Source: Rhodosorus marinus CCMP1338 (Eukaryota > Plantae > Rhodophyta). Taken from it: DNA of 64,000 bases. The stretch is taken from assembly GCA_029953675.1 (NCBI GenBank), contig JAMWBK010000001.1:2914001-2978000 (forward strand), given 5' to 3'. The position numbers and the translations under genes were made by a program. The notes beneath the pieces are model-generated. The model was given only the letters and a program-made list of their open reading frames with translations. It did no database searches and was not told where the DNA came from. Positions 60,304 to 64,000 of this stretch are shown in pieces; the stretch's first letter is position 1; each line of letters begins with the position of its first letter.

Positions 60304-60701
60304 CTTTGATCCTTCCGAAGACTAGAGACCAATCTCATCGACGGCGTGTCCATACTCAACGACCAGCTGTTGTAGATTTTCAGACGAACGTAAGGCGACA
60401 TCCTTCCACAATCCCGAAAGCAATGTGAGCAGGACTCACAGCGATCCACTCCATACTTCATCCCTACCTCAGTTTTCAAACTCCTCACATCTCAGCCTCA
60501 TAGATCTGACTCTTGTGCACTTCACCAAACTACTCACCGTGAGAGTTTACAACTATATAATCATTAAAAATCTACGAAGCTTTCAGATACGTTCATACCT
60601 CTCGAACATGCACCCGATCCTATCTCAAATTCGGAAGTTAAGCTCGAACGGGCCTGGAGAGTACTGAGGTCAGGGATGACTCGGGAACGCCAGGTGACGT
60701 A

Positions 60702-61381
60702 TCTTTTGTCTTTTGGTTTTACGAGAATGGACAGTATAGAGCCTCCTCAAAGTGTTGCTTCTTCGTTGGTCTGAATTGATCTCCCATGAAGTTCTCAGTT
60801 CCACTTCTTCTTCAGGTTTATGCAGAGCCTAACTACCCTGAGAAGCGAGATTACAAGACGCTGATGACGCGCGTCTACAAACAAAGCAGCGTTTGAGCGC
60901 CACAGGGTCAAAGAAAGCTCCGTGAGCAGACTATCTAGACGCCCTGCGTCGTTGCGAAAGATACCTCGCAGCCAGCGAGAACCTACACTATCTATCATGC
61001 AGCATTCCCGTCGCTCTTTCGCCGGCGATATTGGTGCCATCTGCTTTCGTTTGCCTGACTTGTCTTTTGTCTTTTGGTTTTATGAGAATGGACAGTATAG
61101 AGCCTCCTCAAAGTGTTGCGTCTTCTTTGGTCTGGACTAGTCTCCCATAAGTTCTCAGTTCCAGTTCCTGCCGTTCTTTCGCCGGCGGTATTGGTGCCAT
61201 CTGCTTTCGTTTGCCTGACTTATCTTTTGTCTTTTGGTTTTATGAGAATGGACAGTATAGAGCCTCCTCAAAGTGTTGCTTCTTCTTTCGTCTGGACTAA
61301 TCTCCCATAAGTTCTCAGTTCCAATTCCTACCGCTCTTTCGCCGTCGGTATTGGTACCATCTGGTTTCGTTTGCCAGACTT
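60702..61381. repeat. 160-nt tandem repeat (about 2.3 copies, 61014-61381) plus a detached partial copy (60702-60803)
   Basis: Unit starts at 61014, 61174 and 61334. Core cttttgtcttttggtttta(t/c)gagaatggacagtatagagcctcctcaaagtgttgc occurs three times. Confidence 0.92.
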
Positions 61382-61946
61382 CAGACCTATTTACAGCTTG
61401 TGACTTCTTTGGCTGTCCCTCGAGGGAACTCTTGTCTGTTTTTCATCATCTCCATGCGTTTCGCAAGGCAAGGCTGAAGCATCGTTTCTTAAAACTCAGA
61501 TTGGTAGCAACTGGTCAATGAACCGAGATACGCAAGCTCAGGTCTCTCAAACTTTCACTGATCCCATCCATCCGTTCACGTCGAACAAGCCTGTAGAGTG
61601 ATGGCTCGAAGGCATCGTCTTGGACGCGTGGAGTTAGGACGGCTTCACGACTTCAGAGTCTGGAGTTTGTGATATTCGGCTGGACTTCAGCTGGAAGACG
61701 ATCTATTGCAGTCCAACCTTGCTCTAGAGTCCCTCAGGCGTATGGAGATATCATTGTTCTGTTGAGTGATTGAGAAGAAGTGCCACTTGTCGCTAACAGC
61801 TGTGAAGGTTGTCAGGGATGGAAGAGGCCAGTCAAGCTTTCAAGAACAGGTTGTCCCGTTTGAACAAGTTGGCCTCAGTTATCTGGTAGGGTTCTTGACC
61901 CTTTCAATATGCTTTACAGTTAGTTTTATCTCTAGTCTTGCCTGCT

Positions 61947-62942
61947 TTAGCTTGCCTGCTGTACTCGTATCGTCCGTCCAAGCTTCGAGGCGAGGTCGAG
62001 CTCGTCGCAAGCTCTCAGCATTTTTTCTCTGCTGGACAGTTCGACGACGACAGAGCAGCCGGTTTCTGTGGATGTTCCGACCCTCTTGATTGATAGTTTG
62101 GTTACGGGTCCGTAGTCTTCAAGCAGTTCCTTCACAGAGCTTTGATCGATGTTCCATGGCAGGTTGTCTATTACTACCGAAGTCAACGGGCTGGGAGCGC
62201 CGAAGTCTAACGAGACAAACAAAGGAAACAGAAAACAACAAGTCAACTTCCCGAGGCAGAGTACGGCAAGTACAGGCATTTTTTGACCATGGATGAGAAG
62301 ATCTACCTTGAACTTGGTCGAGAGACAAGAAAGCAGTTACTTTCAAGCCTTTTAGAGTTGATCCTTGCAAAGCCTTGACAGCCTTCCTCGCGTCCTCTCG
62401 TGATAAGAATTGGGCGTAAACTTGTCCTAAGAAACCATCGATGCGAGCTGCTTTAGATCACGGCTTTCGTCTGCCTCTTTATGAAGCGCGTATCCCGTGT
62501 AGAATACACTTACTTGTTCCACCTTTCTCATCCTCCTTCGTTAGCAACTTCTCGACGCTGCCCACTGAACCAAGCCAAGAAGCAACGTCTTCCTTCGTAA
62601 GCGAAGAAGGTACGTTCCTAAACCACGCCCTCCTACAATCACATCGCCAAACGAGACGATCAGCTCCACGATTCCAAACCGTGGTATTGATTTCAGATCG
62701 CCAATCGTCTTTCCTCACCTCTCAAACTCTGAGCCCTCAATCTGGCTCTAGGTAGATCAAGAAGCAGTCATGACATAAACACAGACCCAGGTTTCTTAAG
62801 CAACTTTCACCTCTTCAACAGACATCTTCCCCACGGCTCTTACCTGCAGACACATCCATCTCAAACCACCAACACGATGGATGCGCGTCAATCCTGCTCT
62901 CAACGGCTCTCCATGACGAGCAACGCCTCTCATCAGATTCAT
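61947..62942 (-). CDS. RRM-array gene 4: two divergent RRMs, predicted mitochondrial presequence
   Basis: Exon 1 62942-62844 MNLMRGVARHGEPLRAGLTRIHRVGGLRWMCLQ. RRM-a RAWFRNVPSSLTKEDV..QVYAQFLSREDARKAVKALQG; RRM-b SVVIDNLPWNID..VVVELSSRE...GRTIRVQ. Confidence 0.8.
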
Positions 62943-63431
62943 TCTCCTCCACTTGGAATCAAAAAGAAGCTCAAAGTCTCCAGCTCAATGGAAACCGACG
63001 ACGGCTGCTGCGGAGCGGCTAAACGTAACACCCACCCGTGAAATGAAGGACGGCACGCCGCTCGCAAACCCTCACGGAGAGGTGGGACAAACGCATTCGT
63101 CTAGCGGAAACCTACTGACAGCTGCTGCGAAGCAGCAACAATTAGCTTGGACGAAAAAAATTGTCATCTTCTTTGAGATATTTTTGAGAGGCAGGCCAGT
63201 GAACGAGCTTCTTTCTCTGTGCTTTGGGTCTACTACCCAATGCCATAGACTTAGGTATGTGAGACGTATGGTGCTGCTTCTAAAGCTTCCCCCCCGTTGG
63301 GATATTGACGGCGATTGATCAAGTTAGTACTTGGGTTTTTGCATGCGGGATTGGTCTTTACATGGACGTGCTAGCGAGCCAGTCCTATTGCCCCGTATTC
63401 ATGCGTAGAGTTTTGTCTACGAGAAAACAGG

Positions 63432-64000
63432 TCAGACAAGTTCGTCCTCTGGCAAGGTGAGCGTTCTGTCTCTCTGATCCTCTCTGATGAGCTTCGCTTC
63501 GTCGAATTCCGTGGCAAGCATACATCTAACTTTGACGCCGCTTAGCTTCGCGTTGTCGAGCCTAGCGGCAGCAAGTTTAGCTCCCTCAACGGATCGGAAC
63601 TTGATCACTGCTTCAATGCCAAGATGTGCATTACGTTCGCCGATAACGACAGCGCACGCGAGAGGGGCGATGGACCTCCCCACGTCCTTGAGGTCTTGCC
63701 ACTCGACATGTGGCGGAACGTTGGTCAGGCGAACGGTTTTCGGGTCCGCAGTTGGACCTATCGCTCGCATTTCTAGATTTCCAGAATAAAACGGGTTTCA
63801 ACATCAGCTCAGCGGTGTCAATAGCTCGTCTGTTCTTCATGGGGACACGTCTTGAGTTCAAACCCACCTTCAAGATTGTCGCGATCTTGTCTCATGAAAA
63901 GACGGGCCCCCATAAAATTCTGGTAACCTAGCGTTGCAATCGCCTTTTGAGCAAATACTTTATCCGAGTACTCGACAATTGCGCGACCTACATGGAGATG
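63432..64000 (-). CDS. RRM-array gene 5 (5' end outside the window): at least two RRMs, Gbp2/hnRNP-M-like
   Basis: GRAIVEYSDKVFAQKAIATL..FMGARLFMRQDR, an intron, then TVRLTNVPPHVEWQDLKD..EAVIKF..AAARLDNAKLSGVKVRC. Stop at 63432. Confidence 0.8.

Noticed and set aside
60702-61381. CRISPR array or coding repeat
   Set aside because: Eukaryotic context, no unique spacers, no cas genes. The 160-nt period breaks the reading frame.
54706-64000. One giant multi-RRM gene
   Set aside because: Each unit ends in an in-frame stop, and the four with a visible 5' end have their own ATG plus presequence exon. AT-rich, skewed intergenic sequence lies at about 55990-56280.

Overview
This is eukaryotic nuclear DNA, very likely from a red alga. 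The evidence is short GT-AG introns, a RedCAP gene, and plastid transit peptides starting M-x(1-3)-F-[V/L]. The species cannot be determined from the sequence. All exon models below were spliced by hand. Layout: (1) 0-18 kb is gene-poor, with three C2H2 zinc-finger genes, a NAA38/LSMD1-like gene, one unresolved hypothetical gene, and decayed or repeated sequence. (2) 19-47 kb is a housekeeping block: chlP, HHL1-like, VDAC, PRAI, IMPDH, RPS9, plastid ClpP, LSMT-like SET protein, plastid NFU, RedCAP, histone H3, SNU114 and a 2Fe-2S ferredoxin-like gene. (3) 48-54 kb holds a BAG protein, a diverged triplicated repeat, a secreted 7-bladed FG-GAP propeller and tRNA-Glu(CUC). (4) 54.7-64 kb is the most interesting part: a head-to-tail array of at least five minus-strand genes, each with two very divergent RRM domains. 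All four genes with a visible 5' end begin with a mitochondrial-type presequence on a 25-35-codon first exon closed by a phase-0 intron. I infer a lineage-specific organellar RNA-binding family. Other leads are a helically phased GACA-N3-TGTC palindrome array upstream of RPS9, a dispersed hairpin-containing repeat, and duplicated pseudogene-like segments.
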